DNA of 64,000 nt from Priapulus caudatus (GCF_000485595.1 NW_014577085.1:70456-134455); one strand, 5' to 3'; shown: positions 21,101 to 35,126, counted from the stretch's first letter. Notes: generated by a model not told the origin, from the sequence alone. Translations and numbers: made by a program.

Positions 21101-22140
21101 GGGGTATTAAATATTATCTTATTAATACATAATAGTGCAATTGGAGATAAGCAGTCCATGTTGACAACTGTTTCACAGAATGTACGTGTATGATATATAA
21201 CACATGCAGTTCAAATTCAACTGTTGATGACACATGTGTTATCTGCTATAGGAGCCGACTACAGTTTATAAATATGAGACCATGCCTTCAGCAGAGCAAT
21301 ATGAAGAAATTACCAAAGTAAGTTAACACGAATATTTTAAGTGCTTCCTGGCAGGTGATTGTCAGTGCTGTAGTATTGTGGTTAGCTAGTAAATATATTA
21401 TCTATTTAAAGTTACGTCAAATATTTTTAAACTCATAAACAACCATAAATGTATTACTAAAATGGGTTATATTACAGTATAGACTTTCCATTATCATATG
21501 TTGGGACATTTCTATAACCTGTAAAACATCTGTTACTCTTACTGATATGATCTACTAAAGTTCATGTGAATTTTAAAAATGAACACAGCCTCACATTTGG
21601 TTTATGATTACTGCGTATTCCTTAAAGGTTGACATTGGACGGGGTATTCTGCTCGACGAAACCAGTCTGTTGGCATTAGCGAATGTAAAGTCTGCGACTT
21701 CATATGCTCGATGCCTACTACAACTTGTGTTTGAACCACATGAGTTAATAGGGAAGAGTCTTACTGGAAAGAAATCAAATGCTTTCAAGGATTCCAAACC
21801 GAAGGCCGGGCTAGATCCTTGTAAAGTTGATGCTGTGGTTGGTAAGTTTATCTCCGAATTGTACAAAAACGTGGAAGCAGCTGTGTGGACTACTTATACA
21901 TCTTTAAAAGAATCTATTTGTATCTATAGAGATTATTGTTCGATTTGCTTGATTTCAGAACACGTTTGCCAGAAATATGGCCCATCGATTCATGCTTCAG
22001 CCATCAGAGCATCGCTTGCAAACAAACTTAAAGAACTGAATAAAGTAGCAAATAGTCGGAAAATGGCGCGGGCATCAGGCTTCAGACAATTCGGGCAGCA
22101 GGTGGTGATGTTTCAGCAAGATTCTATGAATGGCTTATAA
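18174..22140 (+). CDS. Coiled-coil + C-terminal BEN-domain protein (BEND5/BEND6/Insensitive-like architecture), 307 aa
   Basis: Exons 18174-18323, 19223-19433, 19648-19748, 21252-21317, 21628-21841, 21959-22140 total 924 nt, all GT-AG and phase-consistent. An in-frame TAA precedes the ATG. Features: basic NLS-like KRK/KKRK, CxxC plus coiled coil (CQKCVKYERLSKMYRQQVERNKALEKELKHYK), and BEN signature ATSYARCLLQLVFEPHELIGKSLTGKKSNAFKDSKPKAGLDPCKVDAVVEHVCQKYG...IRASLANKLKE. Confidence 0.85.
18377..19079. mobile_element. PIF/Harbinger-type MITE in BEN-gene intron 1
   Basis: TTA TSD on both sides; imperfect TIRs aggtccgcttatgtcggccttacga / tcgtaggccgacctgagctagcct. Confidence 0.65.
19884..20083. 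mobile_element. TA-flanked MITE (Tc1/mariner-like)
   Basis: TA|ctgtatacgctgtatattt ... aaatatggcgtatacag|TA, with internal ttcgcgaa-type subrepeats. Confidence 0.7.
20204..20791. mobile_element. TTAA-flanked MITE (Kolobok-like)
   Basis: TTAA|aggaacagtagcctctagg ... cctagaggctactgtccct|TTAA. Confidence 0.8.
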
Positions 22141-22169
22141 GTTAAAACTATCAGTGTCACCAAAAAAGG

Positions 22170-22195
22170 GAGAGAGAGAGATAGAGAGTGTGAGA

Positions 22196-22275
<80 letters not shown>

Positions 22276-22354
22276 CAGACAGAGACAGAGACAGAGACAG
22301 AGACAGAGACAGAGACAGAGACAGAGACAGAGACAGAGAGACAGAGACAGAGAC

Positions 22355-22422
<68 letters not shown>
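22170..22422 (+). repeat. (GA)n/(GACAGA)n microsatellite just 3' of the BEN-gene stop codon
   Basis: Direct inspection. Confidence 0.95.
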
Positions 22423-22426
<4 letters not shown>

Positions 22427-22877
22427 GCTGGGTATAATGTGCCAGTATGCATATGCATACATGTACACGAATTCATTTGTGCATATCTATGACACATAAA
22501 TATGTCAAATATCTACAAGGGTATGTGTGTATACCTACTTTATACATGTAGTTAATTTTATACTTGCAGTTAGGCCTTTATGTTCTCAGTATGAGTAGCT
22601 ACTGTTCATTTGTTTCACCACTGCCCCAGTGTTCACAATCAGAGTATAGGTTATGGATTGGGCATGTATATGATGTAAAATATGTAGATAATCCCAGTGT
22701 CAGTGATCATGTTTCAGTGAAAAAGTTATTTAAATCTTTATAATCATTGCATGTTCAGGGCACTATTGTGAGAAAATTTGTTAAATATTATTTCAGACTT
22801 TGCCGGGCATTTGCTAGTAGTATTAGTGTTTAGTGTAGTGTAATCATGTGCAGAGTATATATAGCTATGGTTTATGC

Positions 22878-23245
22878 CCGGTTGGCCTACTCCCATTTTG
22901 CCTACGGCAGAATTCCAATTTCGTCTATAGCAAAACTCCGAGTTGGTCTACACCCATTTCGCCTACTCCCAATTCGTCTACACTAAAACTCCACCCCATT
23001 CCCATTTTGTCTACCATCAGTTTGTCCACTAAATAATCATTTATAAATGTAATATATGGTTCTGATTAGCATACATCGAGTAGACGGAGTGGCATCCACA
23101 CAAATTTTTCCTGGTATTTGTTGTAATATCAATACTACGACGAAATGGCACTATTCCCGATTTTGAGAGTAGATTAAATGGGAATTAGGCGAAATGGGAA
23201 TATTGCCCATTCTGAGAGTAGACGAAATGGGAGTAGGCCAACTGG
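22878..23245. mobile_element. MITE with ctactcccatttcgtctac-type subterminal repeats
   Basis: ccggttggcctactcccattttgcctac pairs with gtagacgaaatgggagtaggccaactgg, with internal tandem copies in both orientations. TSD unclear. Confidence 0.7.
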
Positions 23246-25827
23246 CCAGGTGCAAAGCTGCTTGTGTAAATATGGCTATTAAACTACCATATATTAAATA
23301 GAAAATATATGATCCAACTTGTATTATGAATGTGGCTTGCAAACACTTCACAACTTGTGATAAATTACATGAACATATCATGCTTGGTAAGCCAAAACTC
23401 TTAAAAGGAAGATAACAAAAAAAATTGATTTATTGGTTGGTAGGTGATTTTTTGATTCAATTGCTCTGCCTGCACGCATGAATTTTTCCAGTTGACTTGG
23501 TTGTTTTCATATGTATATTGTGCCATGCTTCATAATGCTGCTGCAATATTTAGTGCAAATAGGTTTAACCCAGAAATTTATAGCTGTATAAAAGATTTAT
23601 TTAGATTGAGTATGGTACATCAAATACAGACATATAAGATAGCAAGTGTATCGTAAGACTGACAAAATATTCCTCTCACCTTGAACCTGTCAGCTGTCAT
23701 TCACATTAGCTAGTATAATCTCAATAAAAAATTTACATAAGAAATTCTTTACACATTGCAAAATGTGGCTAATGGCAGAACTGTGTTCATAATTAATCGG
23801 TCATAACTGGTTTATTTATTGATTCTGTTGGTTATCAGCTGTATTTCTACACTGACTGTACATGGAAATTTAATAGCTAATAACGAATAAACTGGACACG
23901 GTAACTTCACTGATAATGTCAGACTGAATTATCGTCGGACAGTACCAGACCCATATAAAGAAATCCTATAGAAAATTAATATCATGAAATGAGTGAATCT
24001 TTTTATATAACCACTGCTTCGATTTCATTTTCTTGGAATGCTAATCATACAACATTGTGCTGGTAATTTCACTATGTAGAACGTGTGAGTATCATCTACA
24101 TAAATTTACCAGTGCAAAATGAGCAGGAAATTCATTCAAAGCACAAGATTGCAATAAATGTATGATCCACAATAATGACATCTGTTATGAGATTCGTTGC
24201 CTCTAAGTGATGCAGACGACAAAGCATCAGCAATTGTAACAACTTACTGTACAAAACTTCATCTAGTTATAAATGCCGACGAGTACGGGGAAATCATGTA
24301 AGCATCTATCATCGTATATTAGAATGCCAGCAGATGCTCTTCCTCACAAAGTATAAAAATATGTAAAACATTACAACTTTACAGAAGCACTAGTGACGAA
24401 TGTGCTACTACACAAAACATAAAATACACTAATAAATGACGAGACAATTTCCAATATGGCGATGATAAAACTTACCTAGAACTTGATAGAACGAACGTAA
24501 AATAGTCACGGTACAACAATGTACAACTGTACAACTAAACATATTATTTACATTGCCTTCCAACAGTGAAGAGTAGATCGATTAAGTGAGTATTCATGTA
24601 TTCATATATACAACACCTTTACTCCAGTAGTTTCTCCTTGTTTGACTAGTGCACATAAAATAGCACTGCTGCTACTGTGTGTGACATGACCGTTTAAGGT
24701 TTTTCTTGTGGCCTAATGCTTGACTGCATGTGCCATTCCATTTAATAGATGGTTAGAGATGTTTATAAATCCAGTAACAGATTTAAACAAACTAAAATTT
24801 GGGTAAAAATTAAGTAAAAAATCTCTCAACAACCTACCTTTGAAAAATAATGGCGTAAGGAAACTAAAATCAGACGTTTAATAGCACATTCCAAGTGTCT
24901 AGGGGCTCATGGCAGTTTATCAGAACTGATATGCAGGATGTATATTAGCTAGCCCCATGGTGACTGTGCAGGAACTTTGCAGTGCACAAAAACGTATGGA
25001 TTCTTGCATTACGAGCTCAGTTACTGATGATATGGCCTTAGATACGAGCATCGTTAATCATTGTAGCTTGATCATAATTCTCGTCTGGCATCTTGTGAAT
25101 GGCTTCTCCAATATATGCCACTATTTTGTTTTGAGCTTAAACAAAACCAATTGGAGTATGCATTGGTGATTAGATACACGTTGTCAGCAAATGATTTGCT
25201 ATCCAGCCTTGTGACATAAACATGCAATGCTTTCTTCTCGGTGTTTTTCGTCCTATTTCACCTGTATGAACACTGTGTACTGACCACTGCCATGGGCGTT
25301 TTTCTTAAAATTCGAGTTGTCTGACAACCAATGTTCACAAGCATCTAATCTTGCTATCCGGGTGTATTGTGCATTGCGCTTACGAGACAGCATCGAGAAA
25401 GTGTCATCGATTCCCTTACGTCTCAGCATCAATACTCCTGAGATCTGGCCTCAACATTAGGTTACTGCGTTGACATCTGGTCTGCCCATCAGGCCGGTGC
25501 AACTCAACCTCACTGACGCGTATGCAACCCGGCCTCTCATCTGATCCGTCCTCTACTGAACTAAGTTCTACTCTCTGCACATAAATAATCTGTGCGTACG
25601 CGCACACTGCTGCCCACGATTCACGGCCAACACGATATAGTTCAGAGCACAGTAACTAGCCACACGCGGATTACTTCTCTGGCCTCTCATCACGCGGAGC
25701 TGAGCGGTAAGTAGGCATCTAGTTTACATGTATGAATTTACACCGACTGCATTCGGAACCAGACCTGCAAGCTTCCAAACGCTCCTCTACTGCACATGTG
25801 CACGCACAGTGAACCTTTACATATTAT

Positions 25828-28818
25828 CTATACTATCACTTCGTGAATGACTTTTCTCTGCGGGTGGTTTGGCGTAGAGTATCCACTCTCCGGCACGCTG
25901 TTGTTGTCATAGGTGATATTCGTAGAGGGCGCCTGCGAGCCATAGTCCTCGTAGTCGTAAGGGTTGGGCAGGCCACTAACGTGCAAGTACGGATTTTCTG
26001 CAATGGGAAATTAATCTCATAAGACAAGTCTATCTCGATGGTGCTGAACTATGTCGTAGTGTTCACGTGTTAATGAGAGAGAGAGAGACAGAGAGAGACA
26101 GGAGAAAAAAGCAGTAGTTGTTAAACCATTGTTAGTTTAAAGTGACATGTTTAATCAGTTGTAGGGGTTAGAACCACACCTATAACTGCCAGCGTATTTA
26201 GTAAGATAAATAGCACACACATCACCATCACCAAATATTGCCATAAACATTGCCATGAATTCACCTCGTTACTAACGTCTATTTTAATCAGTTCATTTCA
26301 TATTTTATCATTTCACTGACCATACCAGTGAATTTGCGATCTGTACTAACGCAACGCGACACAATATGCTGTAAATCATAGATAACCGGCTGTACACACA
26401 CCCAATGCGTTCATACTGCAGTAAGCAGTGCGGCTGAGAACAAGAGAAAAGTGCAGTAGGTTTGACTTTACCTATACCTATGTGGCTGTTATTCAGCCGG
26501 TTGAGATCACCGTCGCTGAACAGTGGCTCGGCATCCCACGGGTCAGGCTTGTAGATGTCCGACGCCGTGCTGCCGTGACCATTGTAAGCCGGCGGCGGCC
26601 CTGCAACGCAAACACACGTCACACACTCATACGCCTGAAACTTGTACGTCGCTCTCTCGTTTCTCCTTTAGCTGTTACGACGCGAACGGCTAGGAGTAAT
26701 AGCCAAGTAATACGTAATAATGTGAATACTAGACTAGGAGGCGAGTGGCAATGGTAATTACACATGCACCTAGCTGTTCAACCCAAGCTTCTGGGTCGGG
26801 TCTTTGAACCACACAGTCGCCGCGGAAACCTACCTCCGTTGTAGTTTGGGTAATACCCATTGCCGCTGCTATTGCCGTAGCCACTGCCATTGCCGTAGCC
26901 GCCGTTGCCGTTGCCGTAGCCGCCGCCGCCGCTGCCGCTGCTGTTGCCGTAGCCGTTGCCGATGTGGTAGGGCACGTCCTTGTGCGGTTCACCGTAGTCC
27001 ATTGAGCCGCTGGTGACGCCCTTGTGGATGGAGGTGTCGGCGTATTGCGGCGGCACCGAGTACGTAGCCGGCGCTCTTGCGTGTGCTGCCTCCATCTCGT
27101 AATCTTGCTTCGCTGCAGTAGCACAACATCATGTTAGAGGAATCGAAGCGAGGCGATGCGGCGGTCATTCACGACAACGCGACGGTGATGAGTAGCTGGC
27201 ACTGACCACACGACATCCATTAGCTGTCGTAGATACTCACGTGTTACATACCACGTTATTTATCGTCTGATATTATTATAATAATATATACATTTATCTG
27301 TTATACACGCTTCGCCTAGTGCGAATGGTGAAACAGTGTTACTGAGATGGAGAGAGATGTATTTACAGCTGTATAATTATGAAACATCGAACTGTATTGT
27401 GCAACACCCCGCACAGTGTGCATGCTTTGGTAAACAGGTGTACTGATGAACACCTTGTGAAAAACCTCCACGTCCACGAATAAACTTCTGTTTTAATACT
27501 ACTCTCACTGTTATCACGTGCACTCAGATTATAGGACTGAATGCAGTAACACTTAATTACAGCTAATTGCATCTTTATTGTAGCTATATCATCGCAGCTG
27601 TTCCATGACATCATGTGCATGTCTGTATCGCTAGGCATACTACTACTACGACTCTATCTCTTGCACACGGGAGAGGAAAGGTGCACTACCTTTAGCTGCT
27701 TTCTTTGTGCGAGACTTCCTCCTGCAGCAGCAGACGATGATGACGACACTGACGATGATCAGCACACCCACGAGCACGACGATGACAATGAGCACGTACA
27801 TGTAGAAATCTGCAAGGCAACGTACAAGGCGACATCAGCGCGAGCGCAGGAGCGCGAATGCAATACGATCAGGGAGCAACGACTCGCAACGGCAATATCG
27901 GCACATGTATTCAGCACAACCCACAGATGCACCCACACTCCAGAGATAACAGATTCATCTAACAGCCACCACCTATCCATAATACTCGACCATACTCGAC
28001 TACGGACACTACACCTTTCATATGAATGTGAGAAATGTTTGAGATTATTTTCGATAAAAGGGAAAAGTAATTGCATCTACAGCGCGTGAGTGAGCTCGTG
28101 AAAACTTTGCTACCACACGTCCAGTCTTAGTCCAGACATAAACATGATGCAAGTTGCATTCCCCATTGGAGAGGACAATGAAAACAGCAAACACATTGTC
28201 AACCACAGCAATCAGTTTCTACACAGGATGGTATGGACAGCTAGCCATCTTTTACACAGACAGACAGATAGAACAGACGGATAGAGGATGGAATAGACAG
28301 AAGGGGATTAACACAGCAGCAGCACAGCAACGTCGACATACGTGACAGTCTGTGTCTCTTTATAGGGGAATTCCTTCAGCACTGCAATAGAAGGTATATT
28401 AGTGGCTCGGGGCTCTCACTATCGTGTTAGTTACTGGAAGTAAGAAATCTCTAGACACCAAGGTAGCCTGCAAAGGTGCATAGACACACCTTAGGTATCA
28501 CACAATAGTAACAGATTTACACGTATCACGAAATAAACTACATCACTATGTAAAGATATTATCAAGAGCTCATAACAGAGATCTCTATTATGAGCTCTTG
28601 ATATTATTTTAAAATGTAATTCTATGCAGTCATAAACTTGTAAATATTTATGACACTGTGTGATACATATATACAATGTTACATAATACATAATACATAT
28701 GTTTAGCTGCACCACGGCCTGCTTATACACTGTTATACACTTGTACACTGTTATATGAATGTAAAGTGGTTAGAATTATATCAACGTAATGGTATGTAGT
28801 TAGATCTGTAGATCGACA

Positions 28819-28866
<48 letters not shown>

Positions 28867-31800
28867 CACACACACACATATTATATATATATATATATAT
28901 ATCTACTATAAGGATAGTAGTTTGAGCGAAGGGGCTAGGTGTAGGCACAAGTACAGTAAACAGAGGTGAGATAGTAGAAGTTATTATATAGATCAAAGAT
29001 TCGTAATCACAAGTACCATCTTAAGGCCGCCGCACACCAGCCGATTTTACAAACGATGAAGCGATGAAGCGATGAAGCGATGTAGGTGTGCAGCGGCCTT
29101 AAAATCGGCTCATCGGCTCATCGGTTCAAAATCAAACATGTTTGATTTGGAACGATCACCCGATGAAAATAAAATCGTCTACAAATGAACGCGCACACCT
29201 ACCCGATATCGGCTGATTTCTATCGGGCCGATCAAATCGCATGAAAAATCGGCTGGTGTGCGGCGGCCTTTAGTGGCAGGGTAGTAGTATAGTGAGCAAC
29301 TCTTAGAGAGCCAACATGTGGACATTACCACAGAGACGATATGAGAGCGAACACGAGTGAGAAACGTTGCTGCAGTATGCACTTACTTATCTTCGCCTCG
29401 GTCGGAGTTCCGCACTGGCCATAGCCTGACATGCACACGGACGCTCGCATCACCGTACCAGACGTGTAGTCATCCACAGACAACGAGCCGTCGGACATGG
29501 GCACGCACGGACCATTTGGCTGAAACACAGCACAGTCACGTGGGTCATTGCGTGCACACTCGTGAATGCTGGTGCGTGTAGTTTTACATACTAGACAAAT
29601 ATATGCAAGGGGTCTTTAATGTATGGCATAGCTAAAGGCCAAGTACTACTACGCAGGAATACGTCGTAATGGACCACGAGCACTAGAATCTCATCTGAGG
29701 CTCTCATGATTGACCGTGCTCGTGCACTACTACCACCACTCTCCTGTCGCACACTCTGCCAACTACCACTTCCCTACCACACACTCTGCCACACCACTTC
29801 GTCTACCACACACTCTGCACCACCACTTCCTACCACACCATGCTGGCCACAACACTTTCCCTACCACACACGTCTGCACACCACTCCTTACCAACACATT
29901 CTTCACCACACACTCTGCCACCATACCACTTCCCTACCACACACTCTCCCACCACACTTCCCTACCACACACTCTCCCACCACCACTTCCCTACCACACA
30001 TGCCTGGCCACACCACTTCCCTACCACCACGACTCTGCCACCACCCTTCCCACCACACATGCTGCACCACCACTTCCCTTCACACACTCTGCCCACATCC
30101 GACTTCCCTACCACACAACTCTGTACACCACTTCCCTACCACACACTCTTCCACCACACACTCTGCCACCACCACCTTCCCTACACACACTCTCCCACCA
30201 CCACTTCCCTACCCACACACTCTCCACACCACTTCCCTACCACACACTCTGCTACCACACTTCCCTTACCACACACGTCTGCCCACCACCACTATCCCTA
30301 CCACACACTCGTGCTCCACACTCCCTTACCAACACCTTCTGCACACCACTTCCTAACCACACCTCTCCCACCACACTCCCTACCAGCAGATGCTGCACAC
30401 ACTTTCCCTACCACACACTCTCCCACCACCACTTCCCTACCACACACTCTGCTACCACAACTTCATACCACACACTCTCCCACCACCATCCCTACCACGC
30501 ACTCTCCCACACCCACTTCCCTACCAGACACTCTCCCACCACACTTTCCCTACCACAGATGCTGCCAACCACCAACTTCCCTACCACCACACTCTGCTTA
30601 CCACCACCTTCACCTACACACACTCTTCACCACACACTCTGGCTTACCACACTTCCCTACCCACACACTCTCCCACCACCACTTCCCTACCACACACTCT
30701 TTCCCACAACCACTTCCCTACCCAACTCTTCCCACACCATTCCCTACCACACACTCTGCTACACCACTTCCTACCACACACCTCCCACCACTTCCCTACC
30801 ACACACTCTGCCACCACCACTTCCCTACCACACACTCTCCCACCCACACTTCCCTACCACAGATGCTGCCACCACCACTTCCCTACCACACACTCTGCCA
30901 CCACCACTTCCCTACCACACACTCTCCCACCACCACTTCCCTACCACACACACTCTGCCACCACCACTTCCCTACCACACACTCTCCCACCACCACCAGC
31001 TTACCATCCAGTCGTTCTCGCGCTTCTTCTCGACCTTGACACACAGGTTGGCGCTGCTGGGTGGCGGCGACCAGCTCAGCTTCTTGCTCACTTCGTTGAA
31101 GCCGACGTCAGCGAGCACAACGTCATCGGGGCTGAATGGCTTCTCCTCTGTCGTCAGCAGCCGGCCGTTGGACACGTCGCTGACTCCGTACGCGTTCTTC
31201 GCCTGCACGACGAAGTTATACTGCGTGCTCGGCTGCAGGCCTGCAACGACGAGACGGGAGGTGACGCACACGTCGGTGGATGCAACGTGTTGGTAGCGGC
31301 AACACGTCGCCGAGGGCAACGCATCGTAGGCTCGTCACTCAGCGCTTTTTCGTTTGTTGGTTCATTATTATTATTAATATTTCATAATAATAGGAAAGCG
31401 TTGACTTTCTCGTTCTTACAGCACGTATACGTCAGAAAAAATTAAAATATATATAACAATATAATTAAATTTCTTAATTGCGTTGCATCCAAGCATCATT
31501 CGCAAAGTTTGACGTGTGTTCGGAAAGCAAATAAGCAAGGCAAAGTTCACTTCGTGGCAACGCATACGAACACAGTATCATGAGGTGATAGATGGTGATG
31601 GGGATACCTTCTACGGTGAACCTCGTTGCGGTTGGAGGATCAACATCCATGTTACTGACGTGGTCACCCCAGTTGAACTTGACGACAAATTTCTGCATGT
31701 CACCGCCATCAAAACCGGGTTCCCACTTCAGCGCGGCAGAGTCGGATGTCACGTTTTCCACTTTCAATGCTACAGGGGGGTCTGGTCGGCCTGTAGAATA

Positions 31801-34800
31801 AACGCAAACATTGCCAAGCACATTACAACCATGGCTGATCTCTGCACGTACACATGTAAGACAGATCAGCGTATCGCTATGAAGGCCACTTGAAAACGCA
31901 CTGCGATTGACAAAAAGTGGAACATGCATGTAGGGTCTCAAAAGTAATAGCTCTAAAGAACACTGCTCAGTTATCAGTTAAAAGAACATACTCGTTAGAT
32001 TGCAACCTCACTGATGATAAATCGTGATAGACTCAATAGTAGCTCCTTCTCACTTACTTTTCTGCTGCAGCTTTAAGACCACCTCTGTCTCTCCCATCAG
32101 ATTCTTCACTCGGCATCGGTAATTGCCCAAGTCATCCTTGTCTACGCCCTTCACCACCAGGCGGCTCTCGTACTTGTCATCAGCATCGGGCTGGGCGGTA
32201 TTCAGTGAGATGCGGTCACTCTGTTGTATCTCATGACCACCCTGTTGCTTGTACCAGGTGAAAACGGGCTCTGGCACAGCTCGTGCGTGACACACCACAG
32301 TTCCCGTGTCTCCACTGGTGTATGCAAACTTTGTTATGTTTTGCACGACGACAGGTGCAACTGCAGAACATAAAACAATTGTTAGCATCCTACAGAACAA
32401 TGTGTACAGAAAAAGTGAATTAGCAGGAGTGAATTGTGAAATTGTTAGGCGTTTACTACTGTGCCATTCCGTTTAAACTGTAAAAAAATTCGACTTGCAT
32501 CACAACTAGCATAGCCCCATTTCACATAAACAACTTTAGAAACTAACTAAACCACACACCACACCATCTGCACCACATAAGAAACATGTGGGTTAGATAT
32601 TATACTCGCTACACTGCTGCATCACCACCCAAAACCAGAGCCTACTATAATCAACAGTGACGTAGAAACAGGTGAAATCGCTGCACATTTCTGTACTGCG
32701 TGAGCGCAGTCATAGCATTAACTTTAACCATCAATACACAAAAACTGTGATACGAGAAAGGCGCTGGAAAATTTCACGCGAAACGCAAAATGTCGAAAAC
32801 ACGCAGGACACGTGTCACGTGAACTGACTTGCAGTGAAATCGTATGACAGAATTAGCTGCGTGCACTCACAGTTGACGATGAGTCGCAGCGTGTGTGACA
32901 CCTCCTTGCCGGCGCCGATTGCGCGGCACTCGTAGTTGCCGTTATCGGTGCGGATGAGCGCGTTGTCGCTGCGCTGCTTGTCCAGCTGAGCTCTCGACGG
33001 CCCCCTCCACCACAGCGTGCCTGTTGTCTCACTGATGTACGTGTCCACCTGTGTCTGCAGACAGACGACGTTCACGCCACATTACACATGCTACATTCTG
33101 CCCCCTATTGTGTTACAGACCCAGGATTTTTGGAGAAAGAGGGCTCCTCACAAGCAACGAGGTTGTGAGACCCATGGCGTGGAGTCCAGAAGCCTTCCCC
33201 CCGAAACATTTTTTGAATGAAACCCCGTAGATGCAATTTCCTATGTATCTGATGACATTTATTCATCTAAAATGTGTCCAATCATCTCTAGACAATTTTT
33301 TTGAAAAAAATCACGCTTATTTTTGACGTCTAACATGAAGTTATTGGCTTTGACTTGGACAAGTCACGCCACAACAGTATACATTAAAAGATTTTTGCTT
33401 GGAAAAAACAAGGAGAGGGCATGCGCCTGCTGCATCCCCTTTGAATCTGCGCATAGCGTGTTAAAAGGTTGAGATATGTGCCGCACACAAGATTTTGGTA
33501 AGTGCATTACATGGCAGAGGAATCTTCAACGTTTATAGTGCAGATATTCGCTCTCCTAAGAGTTCTCATGCGCTAGTCTAATCTTTATTGCTTTTCACGT
33601 AAAAAAACCTTTGACGAGGGCATTGATGTTAAAGTTGCAAGAGGACAGGTCCCCAAAAACCTAACTGTGTTTTAATCCAACACTACCTGATTTGACATGT
33701 GCACAAGTGTACAGACATAACACGACATACATTGTACTTACTGCAAACCTTAACCACAATGTACTCCAATTAAATGTTTTACAAGAATGAAAGGATATAT
33801 AAATTCACGTGTGCACCTACACTTATGTTCACCCACATCGGGCTTCTACAACGATGTTACACTTACTGTGTTGATGACCGACGTGAACAGCCTCGTGCCT
33901 TCTTGACCGATGGTCAGTTCCTGTCCGTCCTTGAACCACTGGATGACGGGCGCAGGCTTTCCTCGGGCTCCACACGTCACGAACAAACCCGTGTACGACT
34001 CGTTCTGTTTGATCACTGCTGGCGGGAAGGCATTTAGCTCAGGCAGCTCTGAAATGCAAATGTTACAGAATATTTAGCAGCTCACACGATGGCTTAGTAT
34101 TGTCACACTGATAGAGCCAGGCAATAGAGTCTCGTGTCCATGCTCATGTGCCACAATACAGGCTATGAGAATCAGCATTAAATCAAGAGTGAATAAAAAC
34201 AAAATTGTTTTTAGTCACTCCTGATTTAATCTATACATGCCACACAGGTTTCACTCAATGATACAAGATTAAGAAGGAAAAAAACAAGCTTCACAAAAAA
34301 ACAACAACGTGAACCTAAGCAGAATTATAATGACGGAGCATTAAACGTACTCCTCACTGTCAAATTGTTTGGCTAATACAGTCAACGTTACACAACTTAC
34401 ACGCGTGACAAAAAGACACGCTGGATCGAATGTGAACAGCTAGCAGCAGTAACGAGGGTAGCCTCGGCAGCAGTAACGAGGGTAGCCTCGGCAGCAGTAA
34501 CGAGGGTAGCCTCGGAAGCAGTAACGAGGGTAGCCTCGGCAGCAGTAACGAGGGTAGCCTCGGCAGCAGTAACGAGGGAGGGTAGCCTCGGCAGCAGTAA
34601 CGAGGGAGGGTAGCCTCGGCAGTAGTAACGAGAGTAGCCTAGGCAGCGTGACTCACGGTTGACGGTGAGCTGGGTGTGCGCGCCCGTGCCCAGTCCCAGG
34701 CTGTTGCGCAGCACGCACTCGTACGCTCCGTTGTCGGACAGCCGCACCGAGCCGGGCTGGTACGAGCTGCCGCGCCAGATCACATTCGTCTCGCCACTCC

Positions 34801-35126
34801 TGTGCCACTCAAACTCGCCGCGCGGCACGCCGTAGTCTGTCGCTGTGCACGATATCACAGGGCTGTCTCCCACCAGCACGGCCTCGACGGATTCGATCAC
34901 AGCCACGCCGGGCTTGTCTAGAACATAAAGGTGGGATCGTTACATGAGATACTTGGACACACGTCGCACGCGATCGGTTTATCTTTATGATGGCTATCAG
35001 TGTTGATTTCCATGGGCATGCAATGCCACGTGTTCATGTGGTTACAGTGACATGTTTTGTGATGATTAATAAGGGAGAGCGAGAAGAAAAAGAGAGAGGT
35101 GGAGAGACTGAGCATGAGAGAATGCC

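Noticed and set aside
17160..24717. attaggccac...gtggcctaat as TIRs of a 7.5-kb element carrying the BEN gene
   Set aside because: Only about 10 bp match, the subterminal sequences do not pair, and there is no clear TSD or transposase.
28342..28381. Candidate 40-nt echinoid micro-exon (MLKEFPYKETQTVT) with good splice sites
   Set aside because: Phase 1 to 2 does not fit the phase-1 TM exon. It would need a 1-nt error or an unseen partner exon, so it was left out of the model.
29706..31445. Long + strand ORFs of 216-528 aa
   Set aside because: Translations of a stop-poor minisatellite, open in several frames and antisense to a real exon.
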